A DNA stretch of 63,471 nucleotides, counting the filler, from Collodictyon triciliatum (Eukaryota): NCBI GenBank assembly GCA_043381765.1. It is 22 parts of 22 records of this genome, joined end to end, with 100 filler letters (N's around TTAATTAATTAA, not from the genome) between each part and the next. Parts side by side here need not be neighbours in the genome. Positions count along the whole stretch, not along the records: positions 1 to 2,795 come from JBHJMP010008284.1; positions 2,896 to 5,689 come from JBHJMP010008285.1; positions 5,790 to 8,583 come from JBHJMP010008286.1; positions 8,684 to 11,477 come from JBHJMP010008287.1; 18 more parts are not named here. One strand, 5' to 3'. Position numbers and translations under genes: made by a program. Positions 1 to 11,577 of the stretch are shown here, in pieces. The notes under the pieces were generated by a model. That model was given only the letters and a program-made list of their open reading frames with translations, was not told where the DNA came from and did not search any database. Every line of letters starts with the position of its first letter. The stretch's first letter is position 1.

Positions 1-42
1 TTTTTCTTTTCTTTTTTTCTTTTCTTTTTTTCTTTTTTCTTT

Positions 43-128
<86 letters not shown>

Positions 129-310
129 CTTTTCTTTTTTTTCTTTTTTCTTTTTTCTTTTCTTTTTCTTTCCTTTTTTTTCTTTCCTTTTTTTCTTTCC
201 TTTTTTTCTTTCCTTTTTTTCTTTTCTTCTTTTCTTCTTTTTCTTTTTTCTTTTTTCTTTTTTCTTTTTCTTTTTTCTTTTTCTTTTTTCTTTTTCTTTT
301 TCTTTTTCTT
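1..310. repeat. Poly-T / (T)nC low-complexity tract
   Basis: Pure T/C sequence at contig start. Confidence 0.95.
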
Positions 311-619
311 ACCCTAAATTTGATTATCTTTCATAATTACAATATATGTTGGGTGGATATACTCCATAGATATGCTTTGATGATACCAATCCAACTTCAC
401 GGCTTTCGAAGCTATGAAACTAGTCTTTGTCTCATGTCTGGATTCTCTACTGGAATTCTGTAAAAGCCTATAGAACTGAAAAAAAATCGAGATTTATTAG
501 ATATTTAAATTTTCTCATCGAAACTATCCAATATATTTTGATTATTTGGCTTCATGTCAAAATTATACCGATAATATCCTAAAATCATGATAGAAATTTT
601 TTTATCCTCCAAAATGGAC

Positions 620-1100
620 AGCACTTAGTTGGAATCAACTTGTATTCAGGTACATCCAGGCGAGACCTATTGCCTATCATTCCAACTATGATTTATATAT
701 TTGCTCAGGGTTTTGTCGAAGGGAAATCTAATCAGCCAAATATTTGTACTAGGATATAATCAATTTTTGAGTAACGTTCATGTTCTTGTAAACGGAAACG
801 ATATTCCTTTGTACGTCTTATGGTCTAGTTTGCACCGTGCATGCGCAGTTTTTTCATACACAACAGAACTGTTTCATTACTTTCAATAATATGAAAAGAT
901 ATAAAAATGACATGCCTGGCTGATGTATCAAATAAAACCAACTGTAGTGACCCAGAGTCAGTGGAGAATATTCCAACACTATTCAATGCCCTCTTGGCTG
1001 TTTTTATGGGTATTTTAGGGATGGCTGGTTTCCTTCCAGTCTTCCGATTTGCTAGTTTCTTTGTTCGATTGACTAAACGTTCGTCGAGTATCCCCACCAT
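620..1100 (-). mobile_element. Possible degenerate non-LTR retrotransposon AP-endonuclease relic
   Basis: Minus strand reads ...KEYRFRLQEHERYSKIDYILV, resembling the L1 endonuclease motif EYTF...TYSKIDHI / SRIDYILV; surrounded by stops and frameshifts. Confidence 0.35.
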
Positions 1101-1476
1101 GTATGTTGTCCATTCTCATACTCAGTAATTTTATTGTGCATAAATTAAACAGAATAAATCGGTCACATGGTCTTGCTGGAATATTTGAAATTAATTCACT
1201 ATTACAATTTTGTATAGCACCCTACTGTATGTGAGTTTTTTTCTTCCTATTGTTCCAGCAGCGCTATGGTTCACACCAATTTCACAAATTTTGGTGGAAC
1301 CTCCGTTTGATGAAAAGGACTTGACCTCTTTTGTGTGCCCCAGTCGTTTTAGCTGGTCCTTGCTCCCGTAAATTATTCTCAACATTTAATCATATTAATC
1401 TTAACTCTCCTATTATATCCTCCTTTTTTTTATTTACTGTTTCAAAGATCTCAGCAAATTCTCGTCCCTATTTTAT

Positions 1477-1592
1477 TGTTTCTATTCTTTTTCTATTCTT
1501 TTTCTATTCTTTTTCTATTCTTTTTCTATTCTTTTTCTATTCTTTTTCTATTCTTTTTCTATTCTTTTTCTATTCTTTTTCTATTCTTTTCT
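1477..1592. repeat. (TTTTTCTATTC)n 11-mer tandem repeat
   Basis: Directly visible. Confidence 0.9.
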
Positions 1593-2139
1593 AGCAAGGG
1601 GTTTGTAATTATTGAGCTGCTCTTAACATAAATTGTTGAAAATAATAAAGGGAAAAAAACTTACATTGTTGAAAATGATTCTCTAGAATTGAAATTCGGA
1701 CCTTGGAAATAACGGTTTGGCTATTCCTGATTGCTTCTGCCTTCCTCAAACTGTTGGTATTTCGTAAGGTGTCATATTTGAACAAGATTGATTTATCGAT
1801 ATATAATATTTTTAAGTAGCTGTCTTTTAGGTCTATCTAGGTATCTATTCCGCCTTCTTAGCTAACAATCATCGTTGCAATAAATCGTTTTTCAATCATA
1901 AATGCTAACTATCGTCCGCATTAATCAGTGTATTCGGGACTTTTTGTGGACTCACATACCAACTCTGGCCACGTTTGCCCCAGGAAACTTCCAAAATTTT
2001 GCGAAGCAAGTGGTTTTTGTGAATAGCTATGTCTGTGTCCTTATCGTTCAGCTTTTGGCTCCAATTTCGTTGACCTTTTTGCTGGCTTTGGGTTACAAAC
2101 TACGCTCCGGATTAGATTTTGGTATCTGCCCATCAATCG

Positions 2140-2315
2140 GGTTTGTTTCTTTGTTTCTTTGTTTCTTTGTTTCTTTGTTTCTTTGTTTCTTTGTTTCTTT
2201 GTTTCTTTGTTTCTTTGTTTCTTTGTCTCTTTGTCTCTTTGTCTCTTTGTTTCTTTGTCTCTTTGTTTCTTTGTCTATTTGTTTCTATTTGGTTAAATCG
2301 ACAATGAGTAAATAA

Positions 2316-2366
<51 letters not shown>

Positions 2367-2368
2367 AA
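2140..2368. repeat. (TTTGTTTC/TTTGTCTC)n followed by (AAAT)n
   Basis: Directly visible. Confidence 0.9.
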
Positions 2369-2795
2369 GTACTAAAAACAAAATAACAGGGAGGAAACTA
2401 CACAGCTCGTACCTTCGTCTTTGCTGGCCTCCATAATGAAGTATGTTGCGTTCTCCTTCACGTGGACGTCTTTTACTGTCTCTCTTTACTGCCTTCAATT
2501 GGTTCGCAAAGAGTGAATGCCTGAGCAATAAATAGAATAGAAAAAAATTTCCTCTCAGTTTGTTTGCTGGAACTTTAAGTATTGTTTGTATGTTTGCTTT
2601 CTTTTTCTTTTTCTTTTTCTTTTTACTTTTACTTTTACTTTTACTTTTATTTTTCTTTTTATTTTTATTTTTCTTTTTCTTTTTACTTTTACTTTTATTT
2701 TTCTTTTTATTTTTCTTTTTATTTTTCTTTTTATTTTTCTTTTTATTTTTCTTTTTATTTTTCTTTTTATTTTTCTTTTTATTTTTCTTTTTATT

Positions 2796-2895
2796 NNNNN
2801 NNNNNNNNNNNNNNNNNNNNNNNNNNNNNNNNNNNNNNNTTAATTAATTAANNNNNNNNNNNNNNNNNNNNNNNNNNNNNNNNNNNNNNNNNNNN
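2796..2895. other. Artificial contig-joining linker (N44-TTAATTAATTAA-N44); first of 21
   Basis: Identical 100-nt linker with stops in all six frames starts at 2796, 5690, 8584, 11478, 14370, 17262, 20188, 23077, 25964, 28851, 31737, 34623, 37509, 40401, 43286, 46171, 49055, 51939, 54823, 57707 and 60590. Contig lengths fall from 2795 to 2782 nt with two exceptions. Confidence 0.98.
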
Positions 2896-2909
2896 AAAAA
2901 AAAAAAAAA

Positions 2910-2952
<43 letters not shown>

Positions 2953-3273
2953 GTTTGTTGGAGTAAAAGGGCTCTGCGCTCTGCGAGTTGTGTCTTTTCC
3001 TTTGCTTTATTATTCTTTTACTAGAGGTTTTCCCACGCCACAATCTGTATTGTTCGGCACACATCACAAGGAAAACCATCTTGAAAAAAAAAAAGCCGTT
3101 CAGAAAAGAGAATAAGAAACAGAGAAAAAAACAAGCAAGCACGTGTTACAGAAGCATCCTGTCGCAAACACATTCCAATCAACAAAGGATTAAGGCGAAA
3201 ACAAAGCAAAATAGTGATAAAGGAAGAAACAGCAAAGCACCCGGCAAACGGTGCGAGTCACAAACACAAGAGC

Positions 3274-4455
3274 CTATGCGCGCTTGGCCTCCTCAATCAA
3301 CATCATCACTGCGCGAATCTGAAGAGCCTTGAACTCCGGGATGTATTCCCTTACATCGTCTTCTGTGATAAGCACAAACTCCGCACCAGTGAGAGAGTTT
3401 TCTCTGCACACTTGCATCAGCTTCGAGTTTGCATTCTTTCCCTTCAGATACCGCAGAAGCTCTTCGGCATCCAAGTTCCTGACCGATGCCGATGCATGAG
3501 CAGAGAATGTGGCAAAGGCAGCCGGGTTGCTGGTGGCTCTGCTAAGCTCTGCCTCGACCTGGGCCGCAGAGACTCTCCTCTCGTAGTCTCTTTCCCAGCA
3601 TCTGCAGATGAGAGAGGCGAGGCCGGACGGGCAAGTCTGCGGGAGAGGCAGAGTCCCTCTGAGAACCATCGCCCCAACCTGCCCGTCTGTCATGCCCTTG
3701 TACGGATACTCGCCACTCAGCATCGACCAAAGGACAACACCGTACGAGTAAACATCGCTTGGCAGCCCCACACTCTTGCCCACCTCAAAGACTTCGGGGG
3801 GCGACCAGTTTTTCGAGCCGCCGAATCTACTGACCGAGTTGACGGACGCGCCGCTCTTGGAGAGGCCAAAGTCTGTCAGCTTTGGAACGCCGTGGACGAG
3901 CAAGATGTTTTCGGTTTTGAGGTCGCGGTGTTGGATGGGTGGATTGCGTGTGTGCAAGTACACGAGGCCTCGGATGATGTGTTGTCCGTATTTGATGACA
4001 GTCTCGTTGCTTTGTGCTTTGTACTTTACGATTAGGGAGCAAAGGTCTCCACCGTCTGCAAACTCTACAATAAAGAGCAGGTCTTTGCCGCGGTAGCCAA
4101 AGTCAAAGAGTCTCAGGATGTTTGGATGCTGCAGCGCAAGCATAAGACTTCCTTCCTTCTCAGGCTCAAATCCATCTCCCGGTTTGCGAACCAGAGCATC
4201 TGTAATTTTCTTCACTGCAAACAACCCAGCCTTTAACTGTGCTTTGTACACCAGGCCGAATCCTCCTTCGCCAAGATAGTTCTCTCGCTTCTCAAAGTCT
4301 GTGGTGAGGATATCTGCATATTTTCCTGAGGCAAGAACGCTTCCGTCTGAGAGTATAAATGGGATAAATTTTTAATAAGAGATATAGTATGTATGTGCGC
4401 ATGAGAATGTAATTAATCTGGAGCAAGTAATCACAATTTCTTTTTTTTATTTTAG

Positions 4456-4486
<31 letters not shown>

Positions 4487-4559
4487 GGGGTGGACTATAA
4501 TAGTTATAAATTAAGTTACTTGATGTTGGATGAGGCGGTTTGATTGATACGGCTGAGGG
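3274..4559 (-). CDS. TKL-type protein kinase with C-terminal SAM-like domain (exons 4559-4520, 4346-3274)
   Basis: LGEGGFGLVYK, FAVKK, HPNI, HRDLKTENIL, DFG, WSPPE, SDVYSYG motifs. The C-terminal ~65 aa (LDAEELLRYL...ENSLTGAEFVLITEDDV...) fit the SAM pattern. The 40-nt exon has a CTAAC branch-like site, AG acceptor and GTAAC donor and splices in frame. TAG stop at 3274. Confidence 0.92.
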
Positions 4560-4719
4560 CTACACACGATTACAGCGTTAGATTACTGAGCTTTTTTTTT
4601 AATTGTTGTTATCATTTCTGACGATATATCATTCCTTTTTCTTTTCTTTTTTTTTTTTTTTACAATTTAAGAGTTGATAACGTATAGACTATAGATTATA
4701 TTATTCATATTTGTCGTTC

Positions 4720-5513
4720 TTATTGGCGTGCCTGATCGTATAGTTGTAACTGTTTGAAAGCATCCGCAAAGGAAATCGTCATCGCTTTATAAGGCTTTTC
4801 TGGATTATCCCAGCATGGCAGATTTGTGAGACCACGTGGTGCTCTTTTGATTGTCATAACACCGTTACACTCAATCACCAGCCGCTTGAGACTTGAAAGT
4901 GCTGTTACTTGAATGGGGAGCTCCTGTATCTGTTGGCGACATCAAAAGAAAAATGAACAAGAAAACCATACATCAAATGAATATGACAAAAAGGAAGAAT
5001 GATAATATGGTATTATACATTAATTGCATCAAAATGTAAAATTGAGAATACCGGGTTGCTTTCAAGATCCAGAAACGTCAACGCTGTCAAGTAGGATATT
5101 TCAGGCGGCAGAGACGAGAATCGGTTGCCACTCAGACCCAAAACTGTCAGTGCTGTCAGCAAGGATATCCCCGCAGGCAATGATGACAGATGGTTCGTGT
5201 CGAAGGCGATAAAGGCAAGAGCTTTCAGACACGATATTTCTTCCGGGAGCGAAGCCAGGCGATTGATTTCGAGACTGAGTCTTGTTAGGCCCGCCAAGTG
5301 CGATATTTCGGGCGGCAGAGACGACAACAGATTGTTGGGGAGGCGAAGATCGATTAACCGCGACAACGCAGTGACTCCAACAGGGACGCGTGTGAGTTTT
5401 CTTTCGGCGAGAAGCAAGGCTGTGCGGTTTCGCAGGGCAGAATTGTTCGGGTCTCCAGTGAGTTTTCGCAGCTCTTTGAGGTGAGTGAGATCTTCGGACA
5501 GTGCATTGCCCAT
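4720..5513 (-). CDS. N-myristoylated leucine-rich repeat region (exons 5513-5052, 4929-4720); probably the 5' part of the kinase gene
   Basis: MGNALS fits MGxxxS. 23-aa LxxLxLxxNxLxxLPxxI repeats. Phase-0 GT-AG intron 5051-4930 continues the LRR (SNP|IQELPIQVTALSSLKRLVI). Confidence 0.88.
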
Positions 5514-5589
5514 GTGGTGACTCTGTTTGTGTGGGTTGTGGCCAGCTGGGATAAAGAAAAGTGGATCAAGAGCATGTTTTTGGTTGTTG

Positions 5590-5689
5590 TTTTTTTATTG
5601 GGTTTTTTTATTGGGTTTTTTTATTGGGTTTTTTTATTGGGTTTTTTTATTGGGTTTTTTTATTGGGTTTTTTTATTGGGTTTTTTTAT
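5590..5689 (+). repeat. (TTTTTTTATTGGG)n 13-mer tandem repeat at contig end
   Basis: About 7 perfect copies running into the gap. Confidence 0.9.
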
Positions 5690-5789
5690 NNNNNNNNNNN
5701 NNNNNNNNNNNNNNNNNNNNNNNNNNNNNNNNNTTAATTAATTAANNNNNNNNNNNNNNNNNNNNNNNNNNNNNNNNNNNNNNNNNNNN

Positions 5790-5846
<57 letters not shown>

Positions 5847-6323
5847 TTTTTTGTTTTTTGTTTTTTGTTTTTTTGTTTTTTTTTTTGGGGTTTTTTGTTT
5901 TTGGCCAAATCTGATAACCAATCAACTGCACCCTTCAGCAACGAACACCATACTCAAATGCCACATATGGAATATCGCCAGAGTTTCTCGAAGCCAGCCA
6001 CCAGCAGAAGACTTCGGTCACAAACGCCTCCACAGTTTTGCCCTCTGAAACATCCGTGAACACGGCTCGTTTAGAATCCATTCGTCATCTGGGTGCGATT
6101 TTATTTATGTGATGATGTAGACCTGCACACAGTTACTTATCTCGTAACACATCGTTATCATATGCCGGAATTTCGGTGTTATATAATATTTCTGATGTTT
6201 ATAGATACCATAGATTCCTTTAGCTAGCGTCAGGCTGATGAATATTCTGATGCAATTAATCTGATTCACCAATTGATTTAGTTCCCTTTTTTTTACAGCA
6301 TATAGCCAATGTTCCCACACCTA

Positions 6324-7680
6324 ATGGAAAAACAAGCCGCGACCCGTCGAAGGCTTTGCAAGTTGCAGCCAGCTCTCCTGGTTCCAACGCTGGCGCGGAA
6401 AACCCCGAGTTGTACGTAAGTCTAGGAAGACCCGTGCAAGGAAGCCGCCTGCAAGTCTGTCTGATCGGACAGTATTTTTGCACGGGGTCGAGTAAGTCAA
6501 TTACAACAAGAACAAGGCCCGCAGGCTCACTGATGCGCTCGCCTCCTCCTTGAAAGCGAACAAACTTTGGGAAGAGTCCATCCAATTGCGCTTACTGAAC
6601 AGCGAAGACATTTGCCTGATTTCCTTCCGCACTGCAGAAATCGCCCGAAAGCTTCTGGATCTGAAGCAGGTAAGTTTGAGCGATATTAAAAGCAGCTTCA
6701 GCAGAAGTAAATCAACAGAGACCTCGGTGATGCTCTACCAACTACCGCTGGACGTGTGGCCGCAACTCCTTCGTGAGGAGCTGAAGCCGTTCAGGCTGAC
6801 GCATGGAGATAAAAAAGGACAAAGACTTTTTTCACAGACACGGCCGTGGTGAAGCTTCTTTGTCACAAGAACCAGCTGCCTGTAAAGTTTACGGTCATGG
6901 GTAAGAAGTGTCCAAAGTGCATCCTCAAAGAGCGTCCGTCAGCCGCGAACAACGAACGAAAAGCAAAAGCCCCACAAAAGAATACACCCGCCAAGTAGAT
7001 AAGCAGCAATGGGGTCAAGGAAGCCAAGGCCAGACAACAACAGAGTCCACAAGACTCACAACAGATACGCGCATACAGCGACAGCGACGATGACAGGGAA
7101 GGAAATCTCGGTTCCTCTTCAGAATATTCGCACTCGAGCCCTCCATCACCAACACCGGACAAGCCCGCACATCGCAAGACCCAAGAGCAGCGTATCTCCA
7201 AACCCCGAAAGAAATCCCCCCCTTAAACTACCCATTCAGACTGATGTGAATATGGTTAACATAGGAGGCCTCAAGGCAGTCTTCGTTACTTATCCGAAAG
7301 GATACTCCAAAGCGAAAGCAACACAAGAACCAGCGCCCACCAAAGATAGTCCGTTTCCCCTGCCCCAGCCTGTCGCACCAAGAACCAAGAAGCAAGAGCA
7401 AACACCACAAGTCGAATCCAAGCTTGGAACTCCACACACCAAAGAAGGCCCGAGCAAGCAGGAGCGCATTTTTCTAAAACCACAAACGCGTATCCATACT
7501 CCGGTTTGTGCAAATTCCACTGCTGGCTACGCATGGTTCCGAAACCAGGAGACGGTCAAGCGCCTCTTCCGAAAATACCAGACAAACAACGATGTATCGC
7601 TTTTTGTCAGAGTCGCCCAGCAAGAAACGCAAGGAAAGTGACCCGTTGTCCCCTCAAAAGACTCATCCCGTGGAATGAAA
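6324..7680 (+). mobile_element. Frameshifted L1/Tx1-like ORF1 relic
   Basis: Stitched frames give ICLISFRTAEIARKLL...TSVMLYQLPLDVWPQLLREELKPF...FTDTAVVKLLCHKNQLPVKFTVMGKKC, matching the RRM-like V.LP....l..L..fG / T...V......P..+.+.G pattern of Tx1/L1 ORF1, then a disordered P/K/Q/T tail ending SPSKKRKESDPLSPQ. No evident introns, higher GC than flanks, several frameshifts. Confidence 0.55.
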
Positions 7681-8429
7681 TAGGATTTTAACCTTTTCTG
7701 AGATAGACGGTTGAAAGGACTCGTCGGAATCGATTTGAGAAGTAACAGCCGTGTATCACTTTCATCGACCCGACAACTTTATCCGCTCTTCTTTCAGTCT
7801 CGAATACAACCAGAAATCGCGTTGGAGCTGATTCACTTTGGGTAGAATAGTCTGCGTGTGAGAACACTATCTCTCCTTTCTATTTTTTTCTTTTTCTTTT
7901 TCTTTTCTTCTCCCAAAATACAAAAACTCCAACCACACAATATGGGGTTTCCATTGTCTCGTCCCCGGCTCGTTTGTGTCCCACCACTCGTAAATAAGCA
8001 AGTATCATCCCCTCCATCACATGCATCTCCTTGACAAGCGAGCAATGCAGACTTTTAGTTTAATTTTTGGACTTGGATGGAATCTGCCCTCTGCATAAAA
8101 AAAAAAGAAAAAAAAAGCGCCCAGAAACAGGTGAATCAAATCTGATTGGCGATAATCTCTTCTTTTTTTTCTTTTTTTTTTTTTTAAGATTCATTTCACC
8201 TGTCAAACAACCCATCCCAAATTCTGATCGCACCACCCAAATTCAAGTCGCGTTTCCCCCGTTCAAATCGTTGCCCAATCCAATATCGGACTATTGATAT
8301 ACTTTTTCCTTTACTTCCCTCCGCGTGCATGATTTTCCACGTTTTGTAGTTTGATTCAAGTCTGGTGGTTGAACTTGCTTCACAAATCCGGCCTTTTCGC
8401 CTTGCAGTTGCCAAAGTCCATGACAACCT

Positions 8430-8583
8430 AAAGAAAAGAAAAAGGAAAAGAAAAAGAAAAAGGAAAAGAAAGAGAAAGAGAAAGAGAAAGAGAAGGAGAA
8501 AGAGAAAGAGAAAGAGAAAGAGAAAGAGAAAGAGAAAGAGAAAGAGAAAGAGAAAGAGAAAGAGAAAGAGAAAGAGAAAGAGA
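8430..8583. repeat. (AGAAAG)n microsatellite
   Basis: Directly visible. Confidence 0.9.
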
Positions 8584-8683
8584 NNNNNNNNNNNNNNNNN
8601 NNNNNNNNNNNNNNNNNNNNNNNNNNNTTAATTAATTAANNNNNNNNNNNNNNNNNNNNNNNNNNNNNNNNNNNNNNNNNNNN

Positions 8684-9353
8684 TTCCGGTCAAATCGCCA
8701 TTGCTCCGCACCATATAGGTTTGTCCACGTTGTAAGGTAATGGTAAAGGGAATATTGGGCAATTTTCCATATTCAGTAGTGGCGGTGGGAGTTATTTCAA
8801 TGCGTGTAGAATCGTAGGGTGCAACAATCAAAAACTGTGTTTTGGCTAAGGCTTGTTTTCTTGTCACAATATAATATTCTCGACCTAAGGCTGAATTTGG
8901 GAAGACAATGGTGGCATCCAATCCAAATGAATCTGACATTGATGTTGCATACACATTAATACTATCTTCTGCATACACATATACACTTTGCTTTTGAGGA
9001 AATTCTGAAATTTTCACTTCCATTGGAATGACCAAAGCCTCACCAAAAAAGTAATTATTGGTATCATTTAACTCGAAATTTATTCTTCGTATAATTCCAA
9101 ACTGTTCATATTCATAATATCCTTTAGTTGGTTTGGTACTAAATACATAGATATTACAATTCGTAAACATTTCTACAAAATCTAAACCAACCTTTTGCCA
9201 AGGACTATCATTGTCGGGCCAGGAAATCCAAAATTCTTTTCCTCGAGTCGAACGAGGTGGCGTTTGTGAATAAGCACTTTCAACCATTGAGATAATAGAA
9301 ATGAAGCAAACTACACAGAAGAAAACTGTAGAATTTTGTATAAAATTTTTCAT
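8684..9353 (-). CDS. Bacterial secreted protein with IgGFc-binding N-terminal domain (3' truncated)
   Basis: Signal peptide, then STRGKEFWISW, DATIVFPNSALGREYYIVT, FLIVAPYDSTRIEITP, ITLQRGQTY, typical of the IgGFc_binding domain; intronless, 6 nt downstream of the neighbouring gene. Confidence 0.8.
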
Positions 9354-9359
9354 ATTTCT

Positions 9360-11426
9360 TTACCTCAATAGTTGAAATGGATATGCGAATGATTTTTTGG
9401 AGGTAGTTATTTCCAGAAAATAAATTCCTTGCGGAAAGCCGTTTGCATTGAGTGTAAATTCTTTGCTATTGTTGATTGGGAAGGTCATTACTGCTATGCC
9501 CAATAAATTTCTTATGGTGACAGAATACAGCTGTTCGTTTTCTTTGGTTTGAATGATTATTTTCGAAATGTTCGTTACTGGATTTGGGATAATTTCAATA
9601 CCAATACGATCGTTTTCACTGACTGAAGTAAGTGAATTTGTAGTGAATCTTTTAATATTTGACCATTGACCAAGATTTTTACTGGAATTTGATTTGACCT
9701 GCCAATAGTATGTTGTTTCTTTTTCTAATGATTTGTATTCGAAACTGTTTGCAGTAATTCCACTTTCGTTGACTATCGTGGTTGCAAATGTACTATCAGT
9801 TGAAACCTTCAAATCGTATGATTCCGCACCATTAACTGATTGCCAAGAAAAGTTGACAGCCGTAGGTGAAATTTCTGATTCATTTGTTGGTTGGAGCAAA
9901 TTGGGTTTTGCGAGGATTGTCAGAAAATCCCACGTATCCGACCATTCGCCAAATTCACTGTCTTTGCGAGTTCGTGTCTGCCAATAGTAACGGCGATTAT
10001 GTTCCAAGTTTTTGATGTCAGTTTGTAATTCGCTCAGTATTGGAGTTCTCTCCAAAACAGTCGTCGTAAAATTCGGAACTGTCGAAACTCTCACTGTATA
10101 CCCGTCCACATCCGCAGCAGAATTCCAATGGAGCAATGTGTCGACTGGAACGCCAATAGAATTCGAATCTGGGTAGCGTTGCGTAACCATTGGCAGTCCT
10201 GGAAGACGAAATGTCCAAGTAACCGACCACGCAGTAGTGTCTTCACTTACCAACTGTTTCACTCGCCAATGATAGGTTGTATTTTGTTTGAGCGTATTAG
10301 AGCCGTCGTAAAAATAGGTCGTATCTAAGATACCGACTACGTCTTCAATGAGCGTTGAAAAATCTGCTTTGTTGGAAAGTTGGAAAAATGAACTCGCACT
10401 CAATTGCCCTTGCCGACGCCATTTGAAGGTAAGTAATTTTGGGGCGTCAGCTAATTTATTGGGTGGTTCGACCAATTGCGGTTTGGTTTGGGTAGTGAAT
10501 CGCCATACGGACGAAGGAACATTAACCACGTCCGTACTTGACGAAACTGTCCAATAATAAATTTTGTTTTTCTCGAGTTTTGGAACAATTAAAAAGGTAT
10601 CCAAAACCGTTGATGAATCCACTATAGTGTTAAAAAATTGAGGAGAAGTTGAAAGCTTTACTGTGTAATTATTCGTACCTTCTAATTTATTCCATCGAAG
10701 TGTAATCGCAGTATCCGTTACCAAGGAGGCTGAATCTGGGAACACTTTTTTGAGAGTGGTATCTAAGACCAAAATAGATCTTGTTTCTGACCACGGTTTG
10801 GTAATTATGAGATACGCTGCTTGTACTCTCCAGTAATACTGTTTATTTTTGACAAGCCAATCGTTTAGATAGACTGAATCCGTATAAAAATATTCTTGTA
10901 CTACAAAGTCTGAAGTGAAGTTAGGATTCTTTGAGATTTGGAGATTATAGGTGATTTCACCTCCTATTTTATTCCAATTTAAAGAAATAGGCTTAACTGT
11001 AGTAACTAAATTTTCTTCTGGATAATAAACTTCCAGTATAGGATTACAAGTTCTGAATTTTCTTTTTTTAAAGACATTAAACTCATTATTTTGGATAGCA
11101 CCTCTTATAGTCCACTCATATTCTGTATCAAAATTTAATATTTTAGGATATTTGTGAGAAGTATCACGAATCAACCATTGAGAAGAATAATCAGTACCAC
11201 TTACTCTATAAGCGCTATCACCAAACTTTTTCCATTTGACAGTAGGCTGAAGAGTGTAAACTATTTCTCCATCTTGTGGTTCGAGGAGAGTGTCATCTGA
11301 AGAAAGAGTAGATTGATACTGAATTGTAAAATTATGTTTTGAAATGAAAGAATTTGCAATTCCATTGCAATACATACAAAGACTTAGAATGAATACTAAT
11401 AAAATTGTAATAACTTGCTTCTTCAT
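9360..11426 (-). CDS. Bacterial FN3-like repeat protein with T9SS (Por) C-terminal sorting domain, 688 aa
   Basis: Signal peptide; ~95-aa repeats (W....g...Y.l.vS....F......L.....YYWrV...WS.w.F.T); C-terminus IIPNPVTN...NLLG...GIYFLEI typical of T9SS type-A CTD. Confidence 0.88.
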   Translation of the reverse strand: MKKQVITILLVFILSLCMYCNGIANSFISKHNFTIQYQSTLSSDDTLLEPQDGEIVYTLQPTVKWKKFGDSAYRVSGTDYSSQWLIRDTSHKYPKILNFDTEYEWTIRGAIQNNEFNVFKKRKFRTCNPILEVYYPEENLVTTVKPISLNWNKIGGEITYNLQISKNPNFTSDFVVQEYFYTDSVYLNDWLVKNKQYYWRVQAAYLIITKPWSETRSILVLDTTLKKVFPDSASLVTDTAITLRWNKLEGTNNYTVKLSTSPQFFNTIVDSSTVLDTFLIVPKLEKNKIYYWTVSSSTDVVNVPSSVWRFTTQTKPQLVEPPNKLADAPKLLTFKWRRQGQLSASSFFQLSNKADFSTLIEDVVGILDTTYFYDGSNTLKQNTTYHWRVKQLVSEDTTAWSVTWTFRLPGLPMVTQRYPDSNSIGVPVDTLLHWNSAADVDGYTVRVSTVPNFTTTVLERTPILSELQTDIKNLEHNRRYYWQTRTRKDSEFGEWSDTWDFLTILAKPNLLQPTNESEISPTAVNFSWQSVNGAESYDLKVSTDSTFATTIVNESGITANSFEYKSLEKETTYYWQVKSNSSKNLGQWSNIKRFTTNSLTSVSENDRIGIEIIPNPVTNISKIIIQTKENEQLYSVTIRNLLGIAVMTFPINNSKEFTLNANGFPQGIYFLEITTSKKSFAYPFQLLR

Positions 11427-11577
11427 AATTATGCTGTTGAATCCTCATTCATAGTTATTGAACAAATAACTTTACTANNNNNNNNNNNNNNNNNNNNNNN
11501 NNNNNNNNNNNNNNNNNNNNNTTAATTAATTAANNNNNNNNNNNNNNNNNNNNNNNNNNNNNNNNNNNNNNNNNNNN

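Noticed and set aside
2840-2851. TTAATTAATTAA recurring every ~2.9 kb as a biological repeat or regulatory site
   Set aside because: Always centred in N44 blocks; a six-frame stop spacer added during concatenation.
2560-2851. Phe/Leu/Lys/Arg-rich ORFs at contig ends (also 8365, 12747, 23177, 32685, 36041, 37346, 51570, 58313)
   Set aside because: Translations of microsatellites and N runs.
3214-4035. 273-aa plus-strand ORF
   Set aside because: Antisense shadow of the kinase exon; no motifs.
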